IMG/VR virus record: IMGVR_UViG_3300034357_000180
Coordinates: 1 to 31,108 of that record
Length of the DNA: 31,108 nt
Reading direction: 5' to 3' (one strand)
Source of the DNA: a virus
Lineage: Duplodnaviria > Caudoviricetes
Shown here in pieces: positions 8,184 to 16,642 of this stretch (within the stretch, counting starts at the first letter, position 1; each line of letters begins with the position of its first letter). The translations under genes and the position numbers were made by a program. Under the pieces are notes generated by a model, which saw only the letters and a program-made list of their open reading frames with translations, did no database searches and had not been told where the DNA came from.

Positions 8184-10519
8184 GCCGAAACGTATAACGC
8201 GCCGTTAGCGCGCTCATACTGTTTAAGCGCTCGAACAACATCGTCGCCGTTAGCGCCAGCGGGCATATTCACTACCACGTTTGTAGTAACCGAAGACGAT
8301 CCACTAGCGGCAACCATTTTCTTACTATCAGAATTAGAGAAGATGCGTACGCTAGACCCAATTTTATAGCCAAGCTCCGGGCCCTGTTCGCCGACCATAA
8401 ACGGACCGTCTGCAACCATGCCGCCGCGCGCATACATATTTGACGCAGCGTAAATATCGCCTAGCGAAACGTAACCGGTAACCGGGTCCTTAACACTATT
8501 TAGATATTCCAAACGCGCTTTCGCTTGCGCCATATCCAAATTCACGCCGACGTTTACGGTCTTGCCGTCCACGGTATCGGCCGCTGCGCCGACGGCGAGA
8601 ATGTCGTAGCCGACACCGCGCGCCGCTTCGCTAGTCGGATCAAAGCCGAAACGTTTAAGGTCGTCTAATTGCGCGGCTAGTTCGGGTGCGCCTGCGCCGT
8701 CAAGGTTCGCTTGCTTAAGATCAATAAGAGTACCCTTTAAACCGATAGCCGCTTCCGCGTTCGCTAGCGCAGCGTCTTTCGCCTGTTTCGAGTCCGGCCC
8801 GTATTTAGCGGTCGCTTCGTTTAGTTTCGTTTGCGCCTCGGTTACCGCTTGCTGCGATTTATACGCCGCAAACCACGGGTCCGTCTGCGCACGTAATTCG
8901 TCTGCCAATGTTTTAAGCGACTCAATTTGCGCAAGCGTATTATTAGTAGCGTTACCGGTCGCGGTTGCTACGCCATCCTGAACAGTTTTATAAACCGCAG
9001 CTTCTTTCTGTCCTTTATCGTATGCGTCAGAAGTTTGATCTAATCCGACAATTAACGCGGTAAATTCGTCGTTCGTTAACTGTCCGCTATTCCAAACTTT
9101 AATAAGTTCTTGCGCGAGTACGCTACCGCCGCGTGAAGCTTCGTTCATGCGCTCGACAAAACGACCCGGACCGCCAAGAGAATCGGTAGCGTCGTCGGCC
9201 CAACCTTTAATCTTTTCTAGTTCGGTGCCGTTGTTAATAATTGCGTTCGTAAATTTTGCTGCGTCTCCGCCAGCCTTCGCCATAGCGGCACCCGCGCCGC
9301 TGTCGGCTAGTTGCTTTGTAATCACGGCAGCTACGTTCGCTTGAATTGCAGACGTTTCGCTGGTAAGAGCTTCGGTAAAATCTTTAGCGCGTTGTTCGTT
9401 TTCGCGTTGCGCGTTTTGGTACATCGTCCAAATAGCAAAACCAATAGTCGCGGCAGCGGTCACGCCGAGAAGCGCCGGAGTAACCGCACCCGCTAACCCG
9501 GTAGCAAGTTTCGCGCCCATATCCTGCGACGCGCCAAGCTTCGTAGCAAGATTGCCCACACCGAGCGCGACGTTATCGACAACGCCGCGAAACATACCCA
9601 TAGCCGGGCCCACTACATCGCTAAACGTGTCCGCGATTTTCGCGACCAGCGGAATAGCGCCGAGCGCAGCAGTACCGACACCGCCGACAATAACGATAGC
9701 GTTCTTAACGGGATCGGGTAACGCGCTAAACGCGTCCACCGCAACGCCCACCGCATCGGCAATAGCGCCGATAGTCGGCATAAGCGCCGTACCGATACTC
9801 TCCTGCAAATTACCTAGCTTCGTTTGTAAAGCCTCAATAGGTGTCTTAGCGGCTTCCGCAGCTCCGCCGAACTGGTTTTTAAGTTCGCCAAGGATGACCT
9901 TCTGCGCGCCGAGAACATCGCCGGTAGCGACCAGCGTTTTAATCTGTTCCTTCTGCTCAGCAGTAAACGAAACACCTGCACGAGAAAGCGCGGTAATACC
10001 CTTCACCGGATCGTTTAGCGCCTTGCCTAACTGAATAGAAGCGCTCGACGCGTCAGTACCTAACGCTACGGAAAGGTCTAACGAAAGCCCTACGGCTTGG
10101 TCGAAGATATCGTTACCTTCGCCGATTTCGTTACGAACCTTCGCGAACGTAAGTAACAGATTAGCGGAAGACTGAACTAGCTCGTCGTCCTTGCCAGTTA
10201 GGTTAGAAACCGACGTAGATAAATCGGCGATCTGGTCCGCAGTCGTCCACGCGGAAGCGCCGGTAGTTTGGATAACGCGTTCAGTTTCGCGAGCAACTAG
10301 AGCCGATTCGGTAGCCGCGTCGAACGCCGATTTCATAGCGAACCCGACGCCAGCAACTACCGCAGCGGAAGCGGCCGCAACTGCCGGAGAGATTTTAGAA
10401 CCTAACTGCGCAAGTTTAGACCCGGTAGTAGCTGCGGCATCGTCCACGGAACGAAACGCTTTAGTCGCGCCACGATCCTCACCGGTAAAAACGATAGAAA
10501 GATATTTCGTAGATGCCAT
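8180..10519 (-). CDS. Tape measure protein
   Basis: 779 aa, Ala-rich helical; QLGKALNDPVKGITALSRAGV and C-terminal ARGG...VGEQGPEL motifs. Confidence 0.95.
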   Translation of the reverse strand: MASTKYLSIVFTGEDRGATKAFRSVDDAAATTGSKLAQLGSKISPAVAAASAAVVAGVGFAMKSAFDAATESALVARETERVIQTTGASAWTTADQIADLSTSVSNLTGKDDELVQSSANLLLTFAKVRNEIGEGNDIFDQAVGLSLDLSVALGTDASSASIQLGKALNDPVKGITALSRAGVSFTAEQKEQIKTLVATGDVLGAQKVILGELKNQFGGAAEAAKTPIEALQTKLGNLQESIGTALMPTIGAIADAVGVAVDAFSALPDPVKNAIVIVGGVGTAALGAIPLVAKIADTFSDVVGPAMGMFRGVVDNVALGVGNLATKLGASQDMGAKLATGLAGAVTPALLGVTAAATIGFAIWTMYQNAQRENEQRAKDFTEALTSETSAIQANVAAVITKQLADSGAGAAMAKAGGDAAKFTNAIINNGTELEKIKGWADDATDSLGGPGRFVERMNEASRGGSVLAQELIKVWNSGQLTNDEFTALIVGLDQTSDAYDKGQKEAAVYKTVQDGVATATGNATNNTLAQIESLKTLADELRAQTDPWFAAYKSQQAVTEAQTKLNEATAKYGPDSKQAKDAALANAEAAIGLKGTLIDLKQANLDGAGAPELAAQLDDLKRFGFDPTSEAARGVGYDILAVGAAADTVDGKTVNVGVNLDMAQAKARLEYLNSVKDPVTGYVSLGDIYAASNMYARGGMVADGPFMVGEQGPELGYKIGSSVRIFSNSDSKKMVAASGSSSVTTNVVVNMPAGANGDDVVRALKQYERANGALYVSA

Positions 10520-10522
10520 CGC

Positions 10523-10675
10523 TTACCGTCCTTTCATACGTGCGCGGTTTGTTTCTTCGAGATCGTCTAGGTAAACGATTAGTTCAGCGGGCGACAGTCG
10601 CCCAATATCCCACGGTTTAATTCCGTATAGATACGACAAAGCGGGCAAGACTTTTAATAGCCTTGCCCGTACTAT
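10523..10675 (-). CDS. Tail assembly chaperone, -1 frameshift extension (G-T analogue)
   Basis: The -1 frame is open from the chaperone end to TAA at 10523: IVRARLLKVLPALSYLYGIKPWDIGRLSPAELIVYLDDLEETNRARMKGR. Confidence 0.75.
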   Translation of the reverse strand: MVRARLLKVLPALSYLYGIKPWDIGRLSPAELIVYLDDLEETNRARMKGR

Positions 10676-10682
10676 TCCGGGG
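10642..10682 (-). promoter_or_regulatory. Putative -1 frameshift site (CCCCGGAA-UAG) with downstream stimulatory hairpin
   Basis: 11-bp hairpin CGGGCAAGGCU/AGUCUUGCCCG (10642-10669) begins 5 nt after the last sense codon. Confidence 0.6.
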
Positions 10683-11034
10683 TGTCGTCGGTTTCGTTAG
10701 GGTCTTCTATAGCTACTTCAAAATCGGCCGGGTTGAGTACGTCGGGCCATTCGTCCAGTACCGCAGCTAGCGCAAGGTTCGGTTCACCGGATGCGCGACG
10801 CGCAAGCCAGAACATAATCTGTAGCGAGTCAACGCCGACCGTATTCTCTCCACCCCAAAACGCGGAGAACGGTAAACCGCCGCACGCTTTACGTACCGCG
10901 ATTTGTTCGTTAAACGGAATATTATCGGGGCAAAACGTATAGGTCTCGCCTGAGACGGTGATACGTAAAACGCGTTGCGCCTGTTCGGTTGCTTGCTTGC
11001 GTCGCCCGGTACCGGGTCGGGGTGCGTTTGCCAT
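10672..11034 (-). CDS. Tail assembly chaperone
   Basis: Position upstream of the tape measure; acidic C-terminus; GGAGG RBS; overlapping -1 frame ORF. Confidence 0.8.
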   Translation of the reverse strand: MANAPRPGTGRRKQATEQAQRVLRITVSGETYTFCPDNIPFNEQIAVRKACGGLPFSAFWGGENTVGVDSLQIMFWLARRASGEPNLALAAVLDEWPDVLNPADFEVAIEDPNETDDTPE

Positions 11035-11069
11035 AGTTAGAACCCTCCTGCAAGGTTCGGTTATTTCGG

Positions 11070-11612
11070 TTAGTCGGTAAAAGCTGCGGCGGCGAGCCGG
11101 TCAATAGCTGCGCGGTGCGCCGCTACAATGTCGTCTAGGTGACGAGCAAGCGCCGCGTTAATCGCATACGGTCCGCTATTTAGGTCGGCTACTTCCCAAC
11201 GGTTACCGACCCATTCCGGGTGCTGAGGCTTACCCGGCGGTTTTGTTCGATACCAGCCGGTACGTTTCTTAGCTCCCCAAAACGCGGTACGGGCCATAGC
11301 CGTAGGGTTTCGTTTACCCGAAGACGGCTTTACCTGAATTCGAGCTTCTCGCGCATTAGCTGAACCTTTAATAGCAGTAGCGGCGCGCGCCTGAACGCCG
11401 CCCATACGACGGGCTTCGTTTTGGCTGACGCGTTCGCCTATCTTCGCTATTTCACGATTTGCGCGACTTAACTCTTTCGGCCATTCGGGACCGACCGCTT
11501 TAAGTCGCTTACGAAACTCTTTAAGTCCGATAATTTCTACGGCAAACTTCGAACCGGAAGTTTCAGCACCGGCGACAAACGCACCGCTACGCGGACTCCA
11601 GTCGCGCGCCAT
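11070..11612 (-). CDS. Tail completion/neck protein (HK97 gp10-like)
   Basis: VEIIGLKEFRKRLK N-terminal motif; basic; position in the tail operon. Confidence 0.65.
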   Translation of the reverse strand: MARDWSPRSGAFVAGAETSGSKFAVEIIGLKEFRKRLKAVGPEWPKELSRANREIAKIGERVSQNEARRMGGVQARAATAIKGSANAREARIQVKPSSGKRNPTAMARTAFWGAKKRTGWYRTKPPGKPQHPEWVGNRWEVADLNSGPYAINAALARHLDDIVAAHRAAIDRLAAAAFTD

Positions 11613-11615
11613 CGG

Positions 11616-12764
11616 TTACGGCGTAGCGTCGCTATTAACGAGAGCGACAGTAATAGCGGAAGCATCGGTAGACGATGCGACACATTTAAACGGTAGTGAC
11701 TGAACGAGAATTTCGCGCCCGGCTACCATCGGCGTAGAACCGTCTACGCGGATATTTGTCGTGATAGTAACGGAGTCCGTACCGGAAGTGAACGAAGCGA
11801 CTAGCGCAGCTTCCGAACCGGTAACGAAACGGCGGTACTGAGTAAGGTCGGTGAACTCGACTTCAATCGTACCGGAGTATTCGCGAAGGTTAGCTTCGAG
11901 AGGTTCCGAAATACGCTGGTTACCGAGGAAGCGGCGAGCGTCGTCTAGTCCGTTGTTGCCGGAAATGGTAAGGCTCTTAGCGTTAACCGATACGCCGCCG
12001 ATAGAAACGGCCGCATGGTTAAACTTTAGCGGCTTAATTGCTGACGGATACGAGGCGGCGGCGAGAGCGACGCCAAGAGTAAAGGTTACGCCAGTACCCG
12101 ACGCGCTCGCGTTAGCGGAAAGCGTCGCGGCAGTCGCGGAAGTAACCGCGGCGATAGTTGCGCCCGACGGGATACCGGTACCGGAAATCGGGTTGCCAAT
12201 ATCCGAAGCGTTAAACGCTGCGCTAGCCGAGGTGATCGCGGCAGAACCGGAAGTAGTAACGCCGTCGGTTACGGTACGAAAGTCGATTTCACGCGAACCG
12301 ACTACATCCATACCGAGGGTAGCGATTTCACCGGCAGAACACGCGATCTCCCACGATGCGACTTTCATACCCGCATACGTAAACGGGTACGTAGTGCCAT
12401 TCGTAGCCGGGCGTCCGACCTGAATAGTAAGCGCGTCGCCGGTAAGGTCGCCGGGTGTGAACGTATGCGTATACGGTCCCGCACCGGTAGTAGCAACCGA
12501 ACCGAACATAGCGGTAAACAGTTTGCCTAGACCACGGTTATAGAGCTCATGCTGAACAGAACCGGAAACGGTAATATCGCCGCCGTTCCATTGCTGAGAA
12601 GCGAGCACGCGCCGACCGGCAATAATGCCCGTCGACTCTAAGCGCGCGCGCTCTTGCATAAGGCTTTCCGAAACCAAAGGAAGAAACGCGGTAACCGTAA
12701 CCGGTGTACCTACGGTAACCTCAGTCGCGTAACCGATCTGCGCGTCGATACCTGTATAACCCAT
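11616..12764 (-). CDS. Major tail (tube) protein
   Basis: IGYATEVTVGTPV...PYTHTFTP...LTISGNNGL...REYSGTIEVEF tube-protein pattern; internal beta-domain insertion. Confidence 0.85.
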   Translation of the reverse strand: MGYTGIDAQIGYATEVTVGTPVTVTAFLPLVSESLMQERARLESTGIIAGRRVLASQQWNGGDITVSGSVQHELYNRGLGKLFTAMFGSVATTGAGPYTHTFTPGDLTGDALTIQVGRPATNGTTYPFTYAGMKVASWEIACSAGEIATLGMDVVGSREIDFRTVTDGVTTSGSAAITSASAAFNASDIGNPISGTGIPSGATIAAVTSATAATLSANASASGTGVTFTLGVALAAASYPSAIKPLKFNHAAVSIGGVSVNAKSLTISGNNGLDDARRFLGNQRISEPLEANLREYSGTIEVEFTDLTQYRRFVTGSEAALVASFTSGTDSVTITTNIRVDGSTPMVAGREILVQSLPFKCVASSTDASAITVALVNSDATP

Positions 12765-12961
12765 TATTTAACTTCCTTCGTCTCGACCGGTTCGGTCTTG
12801 TCTACGGCTTTAGCCGACGTTTTTAACGGTTTGTTTGTCCAGCCTTGCGCCGTCAAAAGTTCGGCGTAGGTTTCGTCCACGGTGACGGTTTCGCCATCCG
12901 CTACGACAATTTGTAACGCGGCTAAATATAGGTCGCCGCCTGTAGTGTTCGTTACCTGCAT
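12764..12961 (-). CDS. Small hypothetical virion-associated protein
   Basis: AAGGAA RBS; TAATG-coupled to the major tail gene. Confidence 0.65.
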   Translation of the reverse strand: MQVTNTTGGDLYLAALQIVVADGETVTVDETYAELLTAQGWTNKPLKTSAKAVDKTEPVETKEVK

Positions 12962-12974
12962 TGTTTACGTTCCT

Positions 12975-13421
12975 TTATAAAAGGCGGGTAGAAACGGTTA
13001 CGACAACTTCCGCGAAACCGGTAGGTCCTTCGGGAAACATTGCCGAGGTCTGCCGTTCTTCGGTTACTTCTGCGGAAAGAACGCCGTTGAGATCAGCTAG
13101 GGAAGTGTCATCGGCTAGCGTGTCTTCAATCGTTGCGACGATTTGCGTTAACCGGTGCATAGTTTCGGTGAGTGTCCCGTAACCGATTACGCGTATTTGA
13201 AACGGTAGGTTAAAAATGTCGTCGCGTTGTTTACGGCCGCCGGTCATTACCGGAATATTTACGGTGCCGTCGATTTCGTCTAGCCAAATAAGTTCGGCTT
13301 GCGGTACCCGGTCGCCGGGCCAGCCCGGTTCTATACTCACGTTTGCTAGTAGCGGCTCTGCACGTAGTAGAGAAACTACGCGTTCGGCGGCTTGCCAGCG
13401 AATAGACGTAGTAGCGGTCAC
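12975..13421 (-). CDS. Tail terminator-like protein
   Basis: Size, position before the major tail gene, alpha/beta pattern with IEDTLADDTSL. Confidence 0.65.
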   Translation of the reverse strand: MTATTSIRWQAAERVVSLLRAEPLLANVSIEPGWPGDRVPQAELIWLDEIDGTVNIPVMTGGRKQRDDIFNLPFQIRVIGYGTLTETMHRLTQIVATIEDTLADDTSLADLNGVLSAEVTEERQTSAMFPEGPTGFAEVVVTVSTRLL

Positions 13422-13990
13422 GCTAGACCCGGTGCAATGTATTCGCGAAAACTGTTCAGCAGTCGGTCGACCTCGAGATAACCAGTAGGTCGGCCTCTAT
13501 TCCAGTCCGGCGTCGAGTAGCGGGTCATAGACCCGTCGAAGCTCTGAGCGATAACGTCGCGGGATTGTCCCGAACGATCAGCGAACGCCACGGACCGGCA
13601 GTATTCCGCGCAAGCCCGTAGCAACGGTTCCGGCGGTGTCGCGATACCGTAGGTATAGGTCACGGTCAGTACGTCCGCCCCATACCATGCAGGACCGTAA
13701 ATTAAGCCCGTAGCCTTCTCCGTAGTTAGGTCCGTTAGTAGTCCGGCTACGTCGTCCACGGTGAACGCTGAGACGCTAACTACCGGACGGTTTGCGAGCT
13801 GAACCCATTTATTCGGGCGTACCGTTTGTTCAGCGGTCGCGGTACGCGTCTGAAAAGCGGTCTGTAGATACCGTTCGGCGATATCTTCAAACTCGGCCAC
13901 TAGGTTAGTAAGTTCCGTATCGGTGTACGTCGTCTGATTAGATAACGCCGGGATACGTGAACGAACCTGCGCGGGAGTGAGATACGCCAC
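13418..13990 (-). CDS. Head-to-tail adaptor
   Basis: MAYLTPAQVR...RPVVSVS...VTYTYG..PEPLLRAC...LLNSFR pattern of gp6/gp15-like adaptors. Confidence 0.8.
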   Translation of the reverse strand: MAYLTPAQVRSRIPALSNQTTYTDTELTNLVAEFEDIAERYLQTAFQTRTATAEQTVRPNKWVQLANRPVVSVSAFTVDDVAGLLTDLTTEKATGLIYGPAWYGADVLTVTYTYGIATPPEPLLRACAEYCRSVAFADRSGQSRDVIAQSFDGSMTRYSTPDWNRGRPTGYLEVDRLLNSFREYIAPGLA

Positions 13991-13995
13991 GGCGT

Positions 13996-14226
13996 TTATT
14001 CTTTAGCGGCGCGGCGGGCGCGCGGCTTCGGTTCGGCGGCGGTTTCGGTAACCGGGTCTACGGTAGTCGTCTCGACCTTGGCCGTCTTGCGGGTTACTGA
14101 TTCCGCGAAACCGTTTGCAAATAGATCCGCTGCGACGTTTTCGGGTACGTTGAATTCGTTTCCTTTGCCCGGCCAGTCTTGGCCGTCAATGGTTCCCGAA
14201 ATGTCAGCGAGCATACGAATACGCAT
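13996..14226 (-). CDS. Small post-capsid hypothetical protein
   Basis: MRIRML...G....VP...A..L...GFAE pattern with basic tail, common after HK97 capsid genes; AAGGAA RBS. Confidence 0.7.
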   Translation of the reverse strand: MRIRMLADISGTIDGQDWPGKGNEFNVPENVAADLFANGFAESVTRKTAKVETTTVDPVTETAAEPKPRARRAAKE

Positions 14227-14255
14227 AAGAGAAAGTTTCCTTTATAGGTGGTGGC

Positions 14256-14299
14256 GGTTTACGCCGGTTCGGGAAGGGGATACCGAACCGACGTAAACC
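14256..14299 (-). terminator. 17-bp hairpin downstream of the major capsid gene (terminator or mRNA stabiliser)
   Basis: GGUUUACGUCGGUUCGG/CCGAACCGGCGUAAACC with one G-U pair on the minus strand; no U-tract. Confidence 0.55.
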
Positions 14300-14320
14300 A
14301 AACCAAACGGCGAAGCTATA

Positions 14321-15520
14321 TCAGCTTGCGCCGCCGACGAAATGCTTAACCGCGCCGGTCTGGTCAATGAGTAGACCATCGGTACGGAGCTGCACACGGA
14401 ACGTACGAACGCTGTAATCGAACGCGAAATCGTCCGAAACTGCAACGTCGATACCGTTAACTTCGCGGATGTAGTAGCTCGGGAAGTGACCGAAAAGAAC
14501 AGACTTAGCCGAAACTGCCGGGCTAGCCATTGAATCGTTAAGGTACACCGGGAAGCCGAGAAGCGAGTCGGGATCTCCGTTCATGCCGGGAGCAAAAAGG
14601 TAGTGATCGTTTGTTGATCCCTTAAGCTTACGAGCCGCAGCCATAGCGGTATTATTCATCATGAAACCCACGCCCGGTTGTGACGTGTACGCCGAGCCAA
14701 CCGAATAACGAAGGTCGATGAGATTGTCGCCGGTGAAAGCACCGGAAACAGAAGTCGAGCCAGTCTTGCCAGCGGTAGAGCTATTAACGATACCGGTCGG
14801 CTTGCTCGATCCGTCGCCCGTGGTCATATGTCCACGAGTAGCGACACCGATAGCGGTACCGGCCTGACGTGCAAGGAATCCCGCAACGTCTACGGCTCCG
14901 TCACTTGCCAATTCATTAGAGAGCTGCACAAGTACGGTGTACTTGTAAGCTCCGAGCGCGCGGGTAGCAAGAGTCGGATCGGAAGCGGAAGCTTGCGCAG
15001 CTTCGCCAACGATAGACGCGGTACTAAACGCGGTAGACGTAGGAACGTTCAGCGTTTCGCCGGTGTTCGTGGTAACGACAGTAGCGACGTTACGAACCAC
15101 GTTCGTCTGAACGAGATGCTCAACGATGCGATCGTAAACAGAAGTCGGAACCGCACCACCCGAAGACGAAGACGTAATAGCGCGCTTCTCGAAACGTGCG
15201 CTACGAAGCTCGCCGTTCATAAGTGAACGAACGGTATCTTCGTCGCTGTTCTCAACCGAAGCGGTAACGGTTGCGCCAAGATCGGCCGGAACGCCAAGAC
15301 GGGCGCGGCTTTCTTCGATATCACGGTTACGTTGTTCGGCGTCAATGATTGACTTAATACGCGCATCGGCGGTATCAAGCTCTGCGTTAATGCGGTCAAA
15401 CTGCTCTGATTCCTCGGCGGACAGATCGCGTGCTTCGGTAGCGGCGTGGTCAAGTAGACCCTTAGCCTGCTCCCATGCGCGGGCGCGCTGTTCGCTAAGG
15501 TTCTTAATAAACTCCGACAT
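14321..15520 (-). CDS. Major capsid protein, HK97 fold with N-terminal delta domain
   Basis: Coiled-coil N-terminus (~110 aa); GGAVPT, VGEAA, LSNEL..D, TGDGSSKPTGI, LLGFPVY and LFGHF motifs. Confidence 0.97.
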   Translation of the reverse strand: MSEFIKNLSEQRARAWEQAKGLLDHAATEARDLSAEESEQFDRINAELDTADARIKSIIDAEQRNRDIEESRARLGVPADLGATVTASVENSDEDTVRSLMNGELRSARFEKRAITSSSSGGAVPTSVYDRIVEHLVQTNVVRNVATVVTTNTGETLNVPTSTAFSTASIVGEAAQASASDPTLATRALGAYKYTVLVQLSNELASDGAVDVAGFLARQAGTAIGVATRGHMTTGDGSSKPTGIVNSSTAGKTGSTSVSGAFTGDNLIDLRYSVGSAYTSQPGVGFMMNNTAMAAARKLKGSTNDHYLFAPGMNGDPDSLLGFPVYLNDSMASPAVSAKSVLFGHFPSYYIREVNGIDVAVSDDFAFDYSVRTFRVQLRTDGLLIDQTGAVKHFVGGAS

Positions 15521-15616
15521 AGTGGAGTCCTTTCCTTAGTTGGATTTTTATAGGGGTAGCAAGTGAAGAACCGCGGTGGTGCGCATAGCGTCCGGGCGCG
15601 GTTTTCGGGTCGCTGG

Positions 15617-16642
15617 TTACTTACGCTTTCGCGCTAGTTCTAAATACCGTCGAGCAATATCTACAGACCGTCCCGGTTCGGGAGTGTCGGTAGCATCGTC
15701 GGCGGTGCGTACGGTTGCTCCGGTCGTCGCTGCGTACGCGGGCTGACCGGAAACTACCGAAACCTCGTGCAGGCGAATCTCGCGAAGCGTGCGCGCGGAA
15801 CCGTCCGCGCTCCAAACGTCGCCGGATTTCGGAACGGTAAAGCCGAAGCTCATAGAGTGAACCACGCCTTCGCGGAGAAGTACCGAAAGATCACGACCGG
15901 CGGTCGTATCGGGAAGCGTCATATTAACGCGTAGCCCGCGCTCATCCTCTGCGAGCTGTAGCGAACCGTTCTTAGTGGTCGCTAGTGGCATATCAGAATT
16001 ATGGTTTACGTATGCGCGAATTTCCTTACCGGAATTAAGCGAACGCTTAAACGCGCCGGGTGCGATCGTCTCAATAAATGGCAGCGGTTCGCTAGGTGAA
16101 TTGAAGACGGCAGCGTAACCAGTAAACGAACGGGCGAAACCTTCGGCGTCTTCGTCCCCGGCTTCTAACGTCCCTACCTCAACGGTACGAAACTCTACGT
16201 CACGCCCGGCGATACGGCGAGCCTCTACCGGATACGCGGCATAGCGCACCGGTTCCGATTCCGTAACTGTTTCTTCGGTCATGTCTTCCATCGTCTCTAT
16301 GTCTACCGGCGTAACGCCCGACGTTAAACTTTCCGGGATAATCCAAAACTTACATACGCCCATAGGGTCAATATCGCCCGCCACGATTTTGCACGCGCGC
16401 GGACCCTCATAAAAAGAACAGTTAGAACAAACCAAACCTTCACTAGCAAACGGGTTAGCGGCAGCGTCCACGTAATGCGCGCCAGCCTCACCGATGCCAG
16501 TATTAAACTGCCCAAACAATTCGGTAACCGCTTCTAAGTCTTCGTACTGTTTTTGCTGACGCGGCGTAAGCGGGTACATACCGTCGCCGTTGCGGGTTTC
16601 TTCGGTCATAGTGAAAGCTCTTTCGTTCTGTTCGCTTGCCAT
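15617..16642 (-). CDS. HK97-family prohead protease with N-terminal HiPIP-like 4-Cys domain
   Basis: FTGYAAVFN, ETIAPGAF, NH, MSFGF and EVSVV..PAY protease motifs; N-terminal CSNC-x8-C-x12-C-xx-W. Confidence 0.92.
   Translation of the reverse strand: MASEQNERAFTMTEETRNGDGMYPLTPRQQKQYEDLEAVTELFGQFNTGIGEAGAHYVDAAANPFASEGLVCSNCSFYEGPRACKIVAGDIDPMGVCKFWIIPESLTSGVTPVDIETMEDMTEETVTESEPVRYAAYPVEARRIAGRDVEFRTVEVGTLEAGDEDAEGFARSFTGYAAVFNSPSEPLPFIETIAPGAFKRSLNSGKEIRAYVNHNSDMPLATTKNGSLQLAEDERGLRVNMTLPDTTAGRDLSVLLREGVVHSMSFGFTVPKSGDVWSADGSARTLREIRLHEVSVVSGQPAYAATTGATVRTADDATDTPEPGRSVDIARRYLELARKRK

Noticed and set aside
9552-12423. Long plus-strand ORFs (9552-10034, 10191-10574, 11851-12423 and similar elsewhere)
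   Set aside because: They lie wholly antisense to well-supported structural genes and have no recognisable motifs.
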